Below, piece by piece: positions 46,572 to 57,012 of a stretch of DNA of 64,000 bases. Every line of letters starts with the position of its first letter. Positions within the stretch are counted from its first letter, which is position 1. A model generated the notes under the pieces. It was not told where the DNA came from. It was given only the letters and a program-made list of their open reading frames with translations, and did not search any database. The position numbers and the translations under genes were made by a program. Source of the stretch: an uncultured Candidatus Saccharibacteria bacterium (lineage in GTDB: Bacteria; Patescibacteriota; Minisyncoccia; Minisyncoccales; Staskawiczbacteraceae); the NCBI GenBank assembly GCA_964479955.1, contig CAYZNK010000001.1:144091-208090 (forward strand). Reading direction: 5' to 3'.

Positions 46572-47508
46572 TATTTTTTTTGAACCATTCTATGTCTTTT
46601 TTTATTCCTTGTTCCAGGTTATATTTGGGCTCCCAATTTAAAAGTTTTTTGGTCTTTGAAATGTTTGCTACCCAGCTTTTTGGTTCTGTTTGGGAGATTT
46701 TCATTTTTCCATAGTTAGGCCTTACTGAACTCATGGCGATTTTTTTGGTTGTTTTAAATACTTGGTCTATTGTGCTTTGTTTGCCAGATCCTAAGTTAAA
46801 AATTTCACCCTTAACTTTTCTAATATTTTTGATTGTAGCCAAGTATCCGTCAATTAAATCTTCAATAAAAATAAAATCCCTTACAGATTTTGGGTTTGAA
46901 AGGTTTAACTCTGTATTTTTAAGACAAGATTTTATAATGTCTGTAAATAATCTTCCTTCTTCTTCAAAATATCCATAAACAGCAAATGGTCTTATAGTGA
47001 CAATGGGGAAGTTAAATTTTCTTGCCATCATTTGGCCGTATTGGGTGATAGCTGATTTTGTAATGCCATAAAGATTATCTGGCTCTAAAACATCGGTTTC
47101 TTTCATTGGCTTTGACTTTATGCCGTATTCGGAGCTTGAGCCTGTGTTGATAAAACACTTAACGCCAACCTTGTCGCAGGCGTTTATCAAATTTATTGAG
47201 CTTATTACATTTGTATCTATTGTGGCTTCTGTATCCTGTTGAAACCTTTGATATGCCCCGTAAGCTGCAAAATGTATTACAATATCGGGTTTGATTTTTG
47301 ATATTATTTTTTCAGTTTCATTATAGTCTGTTAAATCGGGGGAGTATAAATGTATTTTATTTTTTATTTTTTCAATGCGCCATAAATTTGCTTCTTTTCT
47401 TTCAAAAACAGAAACGTTGTGTCCTAATTCTAAGAATTTATAAATAAAATTAGCGCCGATAAACCCGGCACCACCAGTAATCAGAATTTTTTTATTATTT
47501 TCAACCAT
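46555..47508 (-). CDS. NAD-dependent epimerase/dehydratase (CDP-sugar epimerase/reductase-like SDR)
   Basis: ITGGAGFIGANF Rossmann motif and a YGITKSAITQY YxxxK motif. Confidence 0.8.
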   Translation of the reverse strand: MVENNKKILITGGAGFIGANFIYKFLELGHNVSVFERKEANLWRIEKIKNKIHLYSPDLTDYNETEKIISKIKPDIVIHFAAYGAYQRFQQDTEATIDTNVISSINLINACDKVGVKCFINTGSSSEYGIKSKPMKETDVLEPDNLYGITKSAITQYGQMMARKFNFPIVTIRPFAVYGYFEEEGRLFTDIIKSCLKNTELNLSNPKSVRDFIFIEDLIDGYLATIKNIRKVKGEIFNLGSGKQSTIDQVFKTTKKIAMSSVRPNYGKMKISQTEPKSWVANISKTKKLLNWEPKYNLEQGIKKDIEWFKKNIDLYE

Positions 47509-47522
47509 TTTTACCTATTTAA

Positions 47523-48494
47523 TTAGATTTTGGTTTTTATCCAGTCAAAGGTTTCTTTTATTCCATCTTCAAAGCTTGTCTTTGGCTCCCATTCAAGAAC
47601 TTCTCTTGCTTTTGTCCAGTCAAGATATTGCTCTGGTATTTCGTTTTTAGAAATATTAAGAACTTTATAATTTGTGTTTGTATTTAGGGCTTTGTCTATT
47701 TTATTTACTGTTTCTATAACATTAAAAATATTTTTGCTGCCAAAATTAAATGCCTGCCCCAAAACTTTTTCTTTATTTTCAATAAGTTTTATGCATCCTT
47801 GCACAATGTCTTTTACATAAGTATATTCTCTTATCATTTTCCCGTCGCTTCTTATGGGAAATTCTTTATTTTTAATAATTGCTTCCATTGTGCCTGGAAT
47901 TATTCTTGAAAGATTTAAATCTCCTGGTCCGTAAACATTACTGAATCTTGTTATTACAACAGGAAGTTTGTAGGTTGAAAAATATGTTTGGGCAATTAAG
48001 TCTGCTGAAGACTTTGAAGCGTCATAGGGGTGGTCTCCTTTAAGTGGGCAGGTTTCTTTATAGGGTAGTTTTTCGGCTTTTCCATAAGCTTTGTCAGAAG
48101 ATACAACAACAATTGTTTCCAGATTTCCTTGTAGTCTGCAAGCTTCTAAAATATTAACTGTTCCCATAACGTTTGTTTCTATTGCCTCGTAAGGATTTTC
48201 AAAAGCCTTATCAACAATTGGCTGAGCGGCAAAATGAAAAACGATATTTGGTTTTTCATTTTCAAAAATTTCAAAAATAGCTTTTTTGTCTCTTACGTCA
48301 GCTTCATAAAATTTGGTCAATGAATTTATATTTTCTTCTTTTCCAGATGACAAATTGTCTATCACAACAACAGCATGATTTTTTTTAACCAATTCATTAA
48401 CTAAATTAGACCCTATAAACCCAGCTCCGCCAGTTATGATTATTTTTTTAGAATTTAATTTTGCCATATTTTCCATTTTGGGTCTTTTTCCCAA
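47523..48494 (-). CDS. CDP-glucose 4,6-dehydratase-like SDR (RfbG/DdhB-like); true start is probably the internal Met (MAKLNS)
   Basis: ITGGAGFIGSNL Rossmann motif and YDASKSSADL YxxxK motif. Immediately downstream of glucose-1-phosphate cytidylyltransferase. Confidence 0.6.
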   Translation of the reverse strand: MGKRPKMENMAKLNSKKIIITGGAGFIGSNLVNELVKKNHAVVVIDNLSSGKEENINSLTKFYEADVRDKKAIFEIFENEKPNIVFHFAAQPIVDKAFENPYEAIETNVMGTVNILEACRLQGNLETIVVVSSDKAYGKAEKLPYKETCPLKGDHPYDASKSSADLIAQTYFSTYKLPVVITRFSNVYGPGDLNLSRIIPGTMEAIIKNKEFPIRSDGKMIREYTYVKDIVQGCIKLIENKEKVLGQAFNFGSKNIFNVIETVNKIDKALNTNTNYKVLNISKNEIPEQYLDWTKAREVLEWEPKTSFEDGIKETFDWIKTKI

Positions 48495-49261
48495 AGGTCG
48501 TTTAAAAATAAATAATCTTTATATGTATCCATTCCATACCAAAAACCATCGTGTTTGTATAAAGCGATCTGTTTTTCTGAAATTAATCTTGCCATAGCAT
48601 CTTCTATCATATCTCCGGGCTTTAGATAATTAAAAAATTCTTTGTTAAAAACCATAAATCCACCATTTACATAATCATACAACATTGGCTTTTGGGCAAA
48701 TTCTGTAATTAAATTTTCGCTATCAGAATTTACTAACCCCCATCTTGAAACAGGATGAACTCCTGTAACGGTTCCAATTTTTCCGTGTTTTTTATGGAAT
48801 TCAATTAATTTTTCTATATTAATATCGGAAATTCCATCTCCATAGGTTACCATAAACATATCTTCTGTGATATATTTTTTTAGCCTTAAAACCCTTTCTC
48901 CGTGAGGTGTTTCTAATCCTGTGTCAGAAAAAATAATATTAAAATCATCTACAGGGTCATCTGGAGTATTATTATCAAATGTAATAACTTTGCCGTCTTT
49001 TGTGTTTATAGAAATATCGTTATTGCAATGTTTTTGTTTAATAAAATGTTCTTTTATAGCAGAGCCCTTATATCCCAATGCTAAAATGAAATCACGATAA
49101 CCATAATGGTTATATATTTTCATGATATGCCACAAAATAGGAGCACCTCCAATTTCAACCATTGGCTTTGGTTTAAATTCTGTTTCTTCTTTAAGTCTTG
49201 TTCCTGTTCCACCGCAAAGTATTATTGTTTTTATTTTAGAATTAGGATTGTTTTGTTCCAT
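48455..49261 (-). CDS. rfbF: Glucose-1-phosphate cytidylyltransferase
   Basis: ILCGGTGTRLKEETEFKPKPMVEIGGAPILWHIMKIYNHYGYRDFILALGYKGSAIKEHF closely matches RfbF/DdhA. Confidence 0.85.
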   Translation of the reverse strand: MEQNNPNSKIKTIILCGGTGTRLKEETEFKPKPMVEIGGAPILWHIMKIYNHYGYRDFILALGYKGSAIKEHFIKQKHCNNDISINTKDGKVITFDNNTPDDPVDDFNIIFSDTGLETPHGERVLRLKKYITEDMFMVTYGDGISDINIEKLIEFHKKHGKIGTVTGVHPVSRWGLVNSDSENLITEFAQKPMLYDYVNGGFMVFNKEFFNYLKPGDMIEDAMARLISEKQIALYKHDGFWYGMDTYKDYLFLNDLWEKDPKWKIWQN

Positions 49262-49278
49262 ATTTATAGTTTAATAAT

Positions 49279-49998
49279 TTATTGGCTATTTTTTTTACCT
49301 ATTTTTTTTATTGACTTTGGTAAGTGTAAATCTCCTGCAAATATATAAAAATTTTTAGAAAAAAGTTTATATCTGTTTTCAAAGCGGTCTTTTAAAGAAT
49401 TTTTTTCCACTTTTGTTGCAAAGGTAATTGAATTTACGGTGTTAATATTTTTAAAATATTTTGATTTATAAACTAAATTTTTGACAACCTTTTTTGGGCC
49501 CGGAAATCCGTTACCAACACTGTCATGAAAAGCCATTATTCCTCCATTTATAACTTTAGGGAACCATAAATCAAAATCTAATTTTACAGACTCATATTTG
49601 TGGTCTCCGTCTATAAAAATAAATTCAACTGGTTCATTAAAATTTTTTACGGCTTGTTCAGATGTTTTTATAATGGGAAAAATAATATCATCTACATTTG
49701 CTGTTTTAATATTTTTTTTAAATTCTTCAAAGGTTGTTAAAGATTTTTGATTTTCAATAAGTCCTGCATTTTCGTTTAGAGAACCTGTATACGGGTCAAT
49801 AGCATAAATTTTTATTTTTTTTCCTTCTTTTGACCCTAATCCTATCCAAACTGTGGAGGTTCCTTTCCATGACCCTATTTCAACAATTACGCCTCTGTCT
49901 TGGCAATTTTTTGCCGTATTAAACAAAAACAGACCCTCGTCTTCGGCTAAAAAACCATCAATATTTTGAGCTATTTTTTTAATTTCTGTTATTAACAT
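49279..49998 (-). CDS. Class I SAM-dependent O-methyltransferase (Methyltransf_24 / CmcI-like)
   Basis: VEIGSWKGTSTVWI...FIDGDHKYESV. The ORF-track N-terminal extension to 50118 is AT-rich low-complexity, so the start is taken at MLITEIK. Confidence 0.7.
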   Translation of the reverse strand: MLITEIKKIAQNIDGFLAEDEGLFLFNTAKNCQDRGVIVEIGSWKGTSTVWIGLGSKEGKKIKIYAIDPYTGSLNENAGLIENQKSLTTFEEFKKNIKTANVDDIIFPIIKTSEQAVKNFNEPVEFIFIDGDHKYESVKLDFDLWFPKVINGGIMAFHDSVGNGFPGPKKVVKNLVYKSKYFKNINTVNSITFATKVEKNSLKDRFENRYKLFSKNFYIFAGDLHLPKSIKKIGKKNSQ

Positions 49999-50136
49999 AA
50001 AATTCTTTTGGGTTCTAAAACATCTTGATTCTAAGTATTTTAAGGAATATAATAAGCAAATAAATATTATATAAATATATAATAAATAAATAAGAATTAC
50101 AAGCTTATAATAGAACAAAATAGTGCTAAAAACTTT

Positions 50137-51129
50137 ATGAAAATTCCTAAAATTAGTGTAATGCTTTTAACTTATAATAGAGGGAAATTAGTCTCAAGGT
50201 CTATTAAAAGCGTTTTAAATCAAACTTTTAAAGATTTTGAATTGGTAATTGTTAATAATGCAGCAGAAGATAACACAGACCAAGTTATAAAGCCATTTTT
50301 AAGCGATTCAAGGGTTGTTTATAAAAAACTTGATAAAAACATAGGTCCTTTTGGCGGAATAAACACAATGTTAGATATGGTAAAGGGCAAATATATAATT
50401 AATATGGCAGATGATGATGAATTATTACCCGATGCCTTACAAATCATTTCAGATAATTTTGATAAATTTGAACCAAAAGGAATAAAAATATTGTGGTTTG
50501 ACTGCGTTGACGCAGAAGCTCAAAGGTATAGCGGAATTGGTATAAGAGAGGAGGGCCCAATAACCTATGAAGATTATTTATGTAATAGGTTTCAAGGTGA
50601 TTACCAAGTGATTATGTCAAGGGAAGTTATATGTAAAGAAAGGTTTGATCAAAACGCATGGGGAGGGATGACAACAGTGTTTAATTTAAGATGCCACAAA
50701 GGAAATAAAGCATATTATATACCAAAAGTTATTGAAAAAATGTATAGAGAACATGGAGAAAGCCGTATTACTGTTCCTGAAACCTCTTTGCTTAACCATA
50801 TACCCAAAATAGTTTGTACAATGAAAATGTTTATAGAAGAATTTGGCAAAGAAATTAAAAACTTATGCCCAAGATGCTATGGACCAAGACTGGCTTCTTT
50901 GGGGTTTTACCAAATTTTAAACGGAGAGAAAAAAGACGGCAGAAAAACTATTTTAGAATCTTTTAAGTATAGTTTTTCTTTATTTCACTTTTTTATTTTT
51001 TTATTTTCTTTTATTTTAAACAAAGATCAAATTAAATTTGTTTGCCTTAAATTTTTTTTGATAAGAAAAATAGTTGTTGACTTTTTAAAAAAATTTACAA
51101 AACCAGTAATTATTTCTAAGGCAAACTAA
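50137..51129 (+). CDS. Glycosyltransferase family 2
   Basis: ISVMLLTYNRGKLVSRSIKSVLNQTF...VNNAAEDNT. Confidence 0.85.
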   Translation: MKIPKISVMLLTYNRGKLVSRSIKSVLNQTFKDFELVIVNNAAEDNTDQVIKPFLSDSRVVYKKLDKNIGPFGGINTMLDMVKGKYIINMADDDELLPDALQIISDNFDKFEPKGIKILWFDCVDAEAQRYSGIGIREEGPITYEDYLCNRFQGDYQVIMSREVICKERFDQNAWGGMTTVFNLRCHKGNKAYYIPKVIEKMYREHGESRITVPETSLLNHIPKIVCTMKMFIEEFGKEIKNLCPRCYGPRLASLGFYQILNGEKKDGRKTILESFKYSFSLFHFFIFLFSFILNKDQIKFVCLKFFLIRKIVVDFLKKFTKPVIISKAN

Positions 51130-51145
51130 ATAAAAATGCAAAAAA

Positions 51146-52621
51146 ATGTCAGAAAATAAAATATTTATTAAAAGAATTGTAATAGTATTTGCCTCTAAAT
51201 TTATAACAAGCCTTAGAGGTTTAATTTTATTGCCTCTTTTAACTAAATTTATGGGGCCATCAAATTATGGCATCTGGTCTCAAATTCTAGTAACAATTGG
51301 TATTTTTTCACCTGTTATAATGTTAAATCTAACTGGATCTACTGTAAGGTTTTTATCAGCAGAAAAAGATAATAAAAAAATTTCTCAAGGTCTTTTTACG
51401 GTTTTCTTTACAACTTTTTTTGTTGGTATATTTTTTGCTTTAGCGTTGTTTTTATTTTCAGATTCTTTTGCAAATATTTTATTAAAAGAACCGTCGGCAT
51501 CTTTTTTTATTAAACTAACCTCTGTTCTTTTAATTTTAGAAGCATTAAATCAAACAGCATTAGAATCTTTTAGAGTTATAGGTCAAATTAAAAAATATTC
51601 CAAATTAACTATTTTCCAAAATATTTTTGAAGTAGGTCTTATAGCAATATTTATTTTTTCTGGTTTTGGTTTGTTTGGCGCAATAATAGCCCTATTAATA
51701 GGCAGAATTTTGATTATATTAATTTCTTTATATTCCATTATTTCTTCTGTAGGATTTAACGCGCCAAATTTTTCAGTTTTAAAAACATATTTAATATTTG
51801 GATTGCCATTTTTACCAATGGGAATTTTTGAAATGTTAATTAACTTAAGCGACAGGTATATAATAGGATTTTTTAAAGGAGCCCAAGCTGTTGGAATTTA
51901 TTCGGCCACACACAGTATAGGGCTTTTGGCTGGAGTTTTTGTTTTTCCAATTGCCTATATTTTATCTCCAACTGTTTTTAAATTTTTTGATGAAAATAAA
52001 ATAGATAAAGTAAAAAGTTATTTATCTTTTGCATTAAAATATTTTTTATTGTTTTCAATTCCATCTATTTTTGGGCTTTTTATTTTAGCAAAAACTATGT
52101 TAAGAACGCTTGCAACTCCAGAATTTGTTTTATTAAATAGTATGTTTATTGTATTGTGGGTTGCTATGGGGTCGGTTTTTTATGGAATTCAAGCAATTTA
52201 TAGCAACATAATAATGATAGAAAAGAAAACAAAATTTTTTATTTTTGCTTTTGCTATAGGTTTTTTTGTCAATATTGTTTTAAATATAATTTTTATTCCT
52301 ATTTTTGGCATAATGGCCGCAGCATTCAATGCGGCAATTAGTCATTTTATAGTTGCCTTTTTAATATATTTAAAATCAATCAAATATATTAAATTTAATT
52401 TTGATTTTTTATTTTTTATAAAAAGTATTTTTGCCTCTTTAATAATGTCGTTATCAATTTATTTTATAAATCCAATAGGGATAACAAAAACTATATTGGT
52501 GATTGTTTTGGGTGTTATTGTTTATTTTATAGTTTTGTTTTTGACAAAATCATTTTCTAAAGAAGAAATTAAAATTTTAATTTCTTCTGTTAAAAAAGAT
52601 AATTTTTCTAAAAAATATTAA
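51146..52621 (+). CDS. Oligosaccharide flippase (Wzx / MOP superfamily), second copy
   Basis: A polytopic protein of about 14 TM helices with the Wzx-like N-terminal motif. Confidence 0.75.
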   Translation: MSENKIFIKRIVIVFASKFITSLRGLILLPLLTKFMGPSNYGIWSQILVTIGIFSPVIMLNLTGSTVRFLSAEKDNKKISQGLFTVFFTTFFVGIFFALALFLFSDSFANILLKEPSASFFIKLTSVLLILEALNQTALESFRVIGQIKKYSKLTIFQNIFEVGLIAIFIFSGFGLFGAIIALLIGRILIILISLYSIISSVGFNAPNFSVLKTYLIFGLPFLPMGIFEMLINLSDRYIIGFFKGAQAVGIYSATHSIGLLAGVFVFPIAYILSPTVFKFFDENKIDKVKSYLSFALKYFLLFSIPSIFGLFILAKTMLRTLATPEFVLLNSMFIVLWVAMGSVFYGIQAIYSNIIMIEKKTKFFIFAFAIGFFVNIVLNIIFIPIFGIMAAAFNAAISHFIVAFLIYLKSIKYIKFNFDFLFFIKSIFASLIMSLSIYFINPIGITKTILVIVLGVIVYFIVLFLTKSFSKEEIKILISSVKKDNFSKKY

Positions 52622-53748
52622 TGGAAAATAAAATTTTATTAAGCATTGTTATACCAACTTACAATAGGGCTTTATATATAGCTAATCTTTTAAATTGTAT
52701 CACTTCACAAATTAAAGAATTTAAAGATTCTATTGAAATATGTATTTCAAATAATTGCTCTACTGACAACACAAGAGAGGTTATTATAAATTTTTCTAAA
52801 AAATATCCGGAGCTTATAAAGTATAACGAAAACGAAAAAAATTTGGGATTTAACAAAAATATGTTTAAGGTAATTCATATGCCAAAAGGTGAGTTTGTTT
52901 GGTTTTTTTGTGACGACGACACTATTGCAAATAATGGAATAAAAAAAGTTATAGATTTTTTAAAAAATAGCCAAAAAGAAAATACAGGATTTGTGAGTGT
53001 GGCAACAAGGTCATATTTTATTGATAAACAAACAGGCAAACAAATAACTTATTCCAAAAGTATAGAAGAGAATAAACCCAATATTTATGAGTTAGATTTA
53101 AAAGATATTATGGGACAAACAATTCCTACATCGGTTTTTACTCCGTCAATGATTTTTAATAATTATTATTTAAAAAAAATTCTTGAGGAAGAAAAAGAAT
53201 TATTAAATAAAGCGGTAGAAGCAGGAGAATATATACAAACCTTTTTATATCGTTTATTGTTTTTAAAATATCCAACTTTAAAAGCGTTGCGTTTTAATGA
53301 AGAGGTGATTAATGACGAGGCCCATCTTTATAAGTTTTACCTTGACGATATTTTTCAATTACACTATATTACTTGGACAAAGCTGTGCGACATTTTGATT
53401 AAAAATAAATACGCAAACGACTATTATAAAAAAATAATTGAGAAAGATAAAAAGAGAGCGATGAAGACTGTTATTATTGAAATGGGTTTAATGAGGTGTT
53501 TTGCTGCGTTTAATTATTCTTCTTTTTCTGGGTGTATCAAAATGTTTTTTAGAGAGGCGCCATTTTTCCGTGCGTTGTTATTTTCCATCTTTTTTATTAT
53601 TTTTAATATCATTCCTCCATTTATCCTAAGAAATTTATACAAAACCTATATCAAAATAAGACATAAAAAAAACTGGAAGAAAACATGGCTTTATATTACT
53701 GTTAAAAATTCAGAGATGGCCAAGGGTAGCCGCAGATTATATGATTAA
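52621..53748 (+). CDS. Glycosyltransferase family 2
   Basis: LSIVIPTYNRALYIANLL...SNNCSTDNT, and FCDDDT (DxD). Confidence 0.8.
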   Translation: MENKILLSIVIPTYNRALYIANLLNCITSQIKEFKDSIEICISNNCSTDNTREVIINFSKKYPELIKYNENEKNLGFNKNMFKVIHMPKGEFVWFFCDDDTIANNGIKKVIDFLKNSQKENTGFVSVATRSYFIDKQTGKQITYSKSIEENKPNIYELDLKDIMGQTIPTSVFTPSMIFNNYYLKKILEEEKELLNKAVEAGEYIQTFLYRLLFLKYPTLKALRFNEEVINDEAHLYKFYLDDIFQLHYITWTKLCDILIKNKYANDYYKKIIEKDKKRAMKTVIIEMGLMRCFAAFNYSSFSGCIKMFFREAPFFRALLFSIFFIIFNIIPPFILRNLYKTYIKIRHKKNWKKTWLYITVKNSEMAKGSRRLYD

Positions 53749-53762
53749 AAATATATGAATAT

Positions 53763-54482
53763 ATGATGGAAAAAAATGTATATGACGATATTGACCCTGA
53801 AGTTTACGAAAGCAGGCGGGGTCAGGATCAAAAGCAAGAATATTTATATGAACATTGGGAACCCTTTGTATCAGATTTAATTGTTAAATATTCAAAAGGA
53901 CATATTGTTTTAGACTTAGGGTGCGGAACCGGAAAGTATTCTTTTGAAATCGCAAAGCATGCTAAAAAAGTTTTTGCATTAGATTCTTCAGAAAGAATGT
54001 TGGATTATGCTAAGAAAAAGTATCCAGAGATGAAGTTTATATATGCTGATGCAACAAACACTCCGCTTGAGGATAATAGCATTGATGTTGTGTTTTCTTT
54101 TGGACTTCTGGAATATGTCAAAAATAAAGAAAAGTTAATTAAAGAAATATCAAGGCTGTTAAAACATGGAGGAACAGCTATAGTTTCATCAACAAATATA
54201 TATAGTATTCCCTGTTTTTTTATAGCGATATATTATAAGATTATTGGCAAGAAGAGAATGACTACAGAACCCTCTTTTGGCAAGATGAAAAAAATATTTA
54301 ATGCTCTTGGTTTTGAAATTATCGATTATAAAATGGATGATGGATTATTCTGGTTACCGTGTAAATTGGATAAACTCTTTGGTAAAAAAACATATTTATT
54401 TATAGAAAATTTTTTTAAGATTTTTAAACGGAATCCTTTTAGTACGGTAATGTTTTTTATCATTAAAAAATTAGATTACTAA
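53763..54482 (+). CDS. Class I SAM-dependent methyltransferase (Methyltransf_11-like)
   Basis: VLDLGCGTGKYSFEIA motif I and LKHGGTAIVS. Confidence 0.85.
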   Translation: MMEKNVYDDIDPEVYESRRGQDQKQEYLYEHWEPFVSDLIVKYSKGHIVLDLGCGTGKYSFEIAKHAKKVFALDSSERMLDYAKKKYPEMKFIYADATNTPLEDNSIDVVFSFGLLEYVKNKEKLIKEISRLLKHGGTAIVSSTNIYSIPCFFIAIYYKIIGKKRMTTEPSFGKMKKIFNALGFEIIDYKMDDGLFWLPCKLDKLFGKKTYLFIENFFKIFKRNPFSTVMFFIIKKLDY

Positions 54483-54520
54483 AATTAAAAAATAAATATT
54501 AATTATTATTTTAAAAAATT

Positions 54521-55168
54521 ATGTTAACAAAAAATTATTTTATTAAAATTTTAAAAAATATATATACTAAAATACCCGGCAAAGGGATGCCTCGCAGATA
54601 TAAATATCTATGTAAAACCGTAAAAGAAAATAAAGCCCGCAAGATTATGGAAATAGGCACTTGGACGGGCATACATGCTTTAGAAATGATAGAAGAGGCA
54701 AAAAAGAATTTTAAGCCGGAGGAAATTGAATACTATGGTTTTGATTTATTTGAGATGTTAGATGAAAATACTAGCACAAAGGAGTTTTCTATTCCACCAC
54801 CATCCTTTAAAGAAGTTGAGGAAAAATTAAAAAAAACAGGAGTGCATATAAACTTATACAAAGGTTATACTAAAGATACTCTTGCTGAACAGGTTGGTAA
54901 ATTACCTAAAATGGATTTTATTTACATAGACGGAGGACACAGTGTTGAAACCATTGAAAATGATTGGAGATATGCGGAAATGTTTATGGGTAAAAATACG
55001 GTAGTCATCTTTGATGATTATTGGAATAAAGACGATGCGGGTTGTAAAAAGATTATTGAGAGTATAGATAGTAATAAATTTGATGTAGAAATTTTGCCCG
55101 TACAAGATAAGTTTAAAAAAGATTGGGGAATTTTAACAATAAATTTTGCAAAGATTACTAGAAAATAA
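54521..55168 (+). CDS. Class I SAM-dependent O-methyltransferase-like (Methyltransf_24-like)
   Basis: IMEIGTWTGIHAL...YIDGGHSVETI. Confidence 0.7.
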   Translation: MLTKNYFIKILKNIYTKIPGKGMPRRYKYLCKTVKENKARKIMEIGTWTGIHALEMIEEAKKNFKPEEIEYYGFDLFEMLDENTSTKEFSIPPPSFKEVEEKLKKTGVHINLYKGYTKDTLAEQVGKLPKMDFIYIDGGHSVETIENDWRYAEMFMGKNTVVIFDDYWNKDDAGCKKIIESIDSNKFDVEILPVQDKFKKDWGILTINFAKITRK

Positions 55169-55182
55169 CAAACATAACATAA

Positions 55183-55899
55183 ATGAAATATAATAAATTT
55201 TTTAGGTTTTTAATTTTTTTTACAAGAAGGATAAAAGACAATCTGATAAGACTTTGGGTAATGCCTCAAAATAAGTTAAGAATTTTAAATTATTTAAAAA
55301 ATCATAATATAAAAAAATTGCACTTAGGAGCAGGTGGAAATATTTTAAAAGATTGGCTTAATACAGATATAAACCCTGATATTAAAACAGGGGCTTATCT
55401 TAATGTTGCAAAAAAATTTCCTTTTAAAAATAATACTTTTGACTATATATTTTCAGAACACCTTATTGAACACCTAGAAATTAGAAAAGGAATTTTTTCA
55501 TTAAAAGAATGTTTTCGCGTTTTAAAACCGGGTGGAAAAATAAGAATTTCTACTCCTAATCTTGGATTTTTAATAGAACTTTATAATCCACAAAAAAGCG
55601 AAATACAAACTCAAGAAATAAAAAGAATTGTAGATATGGTTTATGCTGATTTAAAAATATATCAAGATATTTTTGTGATAAATAATTTTTTTAGAAGCTG
55701 GGGGCATAAATTTATTTATGACTATAAACTACTTAAAGAGCTTGTAGAAAAAATAGGGTTTATAAATGTGGGTAGTTTTGAAGTTAAAAAATCTGATGAT
55801 GAAAACTTGCGGGGATTAGAAGCACATGGAAGATTTATTTCTGAAGAAATTAATAAACTACAAACATTTATTATTGAGGCACAAAAACCTAAAAATTAA
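55183..55899 (+). CDS. SAM-dependent methyltransferase (type 11-like)
   Basis: LHLGAGGNILKDWLNTDIN...VLKPGGKIRISTPN. Confidence 0.6.
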   Translation: MKYNKFFRFLIFFTRRIKDNLIRLWVMPQNKLRILNYLKNHNIKKLHLGAGGNILKDWLNTDINPDIKTGAYLNVAKKFPFKNNTFDYIFSEHLIEHLEIRKGIFSLKECFRVLKPGGKIRISTPNLGFLIELYNPQKSEIQTQEIKRIVDMVYADLKIYQDIFVINNFFRSWGHKFIYDYKLLKELVEKIGFINVGSFEVKKSDDENLRGLEAHGRFISEEINKLQTFIIEAQKPKN

Positions 55900-55901
55900 C
55901 C

Positions 55902-57011
55902 ATGAAAATAGCAATTGTGGCTTCAAGATTTCCACCACAAGGAGAGGTTGGTGGAATTGAAATAGCCAGTCAAAACATATCAAATCAATTATCAAAGATG
56001 GGAAACAATGTTTTTATTGTTGCTTTTGGCAAAGAAAAAAATATAGAAATTTTAGATAATAATTTAACTATATATAGACTGTCGTATCCTAAAATAAAAA
56101 TTTTAGGCAATTTAATTTTTTGGATTAAAATTTTTTTTGCGTTAAGAAAAATAAATCCAGACATTGTCCATTGTCAAACAATACAAATGGGCTTGCCGTG
56201 TTTTTTATTTAAAAAAATTTATAAAAAGCCATATATTGTTTGGTGTCATGGTTTTGATGTTTATTTTTTATGGAAATTTAAAAAAATTATTTCTAAAATT
56301 GTTTTAAATTCGGCAAATGCTGTTGTTGCGCTTACAGAAGATATGAAAAAAGAGATTAAAAAGAATTTTAAAAATGAAATTTTAGTATTGCCAAATGGAG
56401 TTGATTTAGAAAAATTTAAGGGGTTTTCAAAAGAAATTGTTCATGATAAGCTCAAAATACCAATTGAGGAAAAAGTAATTCTTTTTGTGGGGGAGCTTAA
56501 AAAAGTAAAGGGACTAGAGTATTTGATTGAAGCTTTTAAAAAAATAAATCAAAGATTTGTAAATTCTAAATTATTATTAGTAGGAGGCGGGTTAGAAAAA
56601 GAAAACTTAGAGAATATTGTTAAAAAAAACAATTTGCAAAACAAGATTATTTTTGTGGGCAGAATTGCAAATCAAGAAGTTTGTGAATATATGATAGGAT
56701 CTGATGTATTTGTTTTACCAAGCTTATCAGAAGGTTTTCCATTAGTTATTTTAGAGGCAATGGCATCTGGTCTTCCTATTGTTGCAACAAAAGTAAGAGG
56801 TTTGTCTGAAATATTAAAAGATAATAAGAATGGGTTTTTAGTTGACCCAAAAAATTCAGAAGATCTTTTTCAAAGAATTTTGATTCTTTTAGAAAACGAC
56901 CAGTTAAGAAAAGAAATATCTAATTTAAATAAAAATCAGGCAAAAGAATATAGTTGGGAAAAAATTACAAAAGAAATTGAAAAAATATATTTAAAAGCAA
57001 TATCTAAATAA
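55902..57011 (+). CDS. Glycosyltransferase family 4
   Basis: GT4 GT-B fold with C-terminal FVLPSLSEGFPLVILEAMASGLPIVAT. Confidence 0.9.
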   Translation: MKIAIVASRFPPQGEVGGIEIASQNISNQLSKMGNNVFIVAFGKEKNIEILDNNLTIYRLSYPKIKILGNLIFWIKIFFALRKINPDIVHCQTIQMGLPCFLFKKIYKKPYIVWCHGFDVYFLWKFKKIISKIVLNSANAVVALTEDMKKEIKKNFKNEILVLPNGVDLEKFKGFSKEIVHDKLKIPIEEKVILFVGELKKVKGLEYLIEAFKKINQRFVNSKLLLVGGGLEKENLENIVKKNNLQNKIIFVGRIANQEVCEYMIGSDVFVLPSLSEGFPLVILEAMASGLPIVATKVRGLSEILKDNKNGFLVDPKNSEDLFQRILILLENDQLRKEISNLNKNQAKEYSWEKITKEIEKIYLKAISK

Positions 57012-57012
57012 T

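Noticed and set aside
49999-50118. N-terminal 40-aa extension of the methyltransferase ORF (MFYYKLVILIYLLYIYIIF...)
   Set aside because: It is an Ile/Leu/Tyr low-complexity translation of an AT-rich promoter region. The methyltransferase fold starts at MLITEIK, so the start was moved to 49998.
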